A stretch of 64,000 nt of DNA, taken from contig CM069163.1 of NCBI GenBank assembly GCA_035221665.1, positions 16,864,001 to 16,928,000 of the forward strand, read 5' to 3'. This DNA comes from Okamejei kenojei. Its lineage: Eukaryota. A program made the position numbers and the translations under genes. The notes under the pieces were generated by a model. That model was given only the letters and a program-made list of their open reading frames with translations, made no database searches and was not told where the DNA came from. This document shows positions 63,808-64,000 of this stretch, piece after piece; position 1 is the first letter of the stretch, and the number at the start of each line of letters is the position of its first letter.

Positions 63808-63859
63808 ATCTAGACCATTTAACTGGACCACTTCCAACACCTCTTTTTCCTATCCAAAT

Positions 63860-64000
63860 TTTCTGCCTCAGAGGGTGGTGGAGGCCGGATTAAGAGAGAG
63901 CTAGATAGGGCTCTTAAAGATAGCAGAGTCAGGGTATGTGGGGAGGTGGCAGGAACGGGGTACTGACTGTGGATGATCAGCCATGATCACATTGAATGGT
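63860..64000 (+). mobile_element. Young CR1 3' end with internal deletion (runs off the window)
   Basis: tctgcctcagagggtggtggaggcc...aagagagagctagatagggctct...gatcagccatgatcacattgaatgg; similar to 28860-29010. Confidence 0.9.

Overview
Eukaryotic, repeat-rich, non-coding DNA (intergenic or a very large intron). The repeat content points to a cartilaginous fish, probably a skate or ray: HE1-type V-SINEs with CR1/HER1 LINE tails, Rex1/Babar, Penelope-derived arms and a Deu-type SINE. The host assignment is an inference. I found no recognisable host protein-coding exon; every ORF I could assign is a retroelement fragment or a GC-rich repeat artefact. Well-supported elements are: three PIF/Harbinger-type MITEs (TAA TSD), one hAT-Charlie MITE (8-bp TSD ATCTAGAC), many 5'-truncated CR1 and Rex1/Babar LINEs, a near-intact RTE-X 3' fragment, Tx1 and RTE fragments, a Gypsy gag relic and HE1 SINEs. 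Two observations stand out. (1) About 14 copies of a Penelope-derived arm carry a minimal hammerhead-ribozyme-like core, and several form head-to-head palindromes. (2) Three divergent GC-rich non-coding retro-elements share a structured core (a stem that varies in sequence, a UUUUCC loop and a possible pseudoknot partner GGAAA) but have three different Rex1-type tails. Family names come from motif recognition only, and boundaries of old fragments are approximate.
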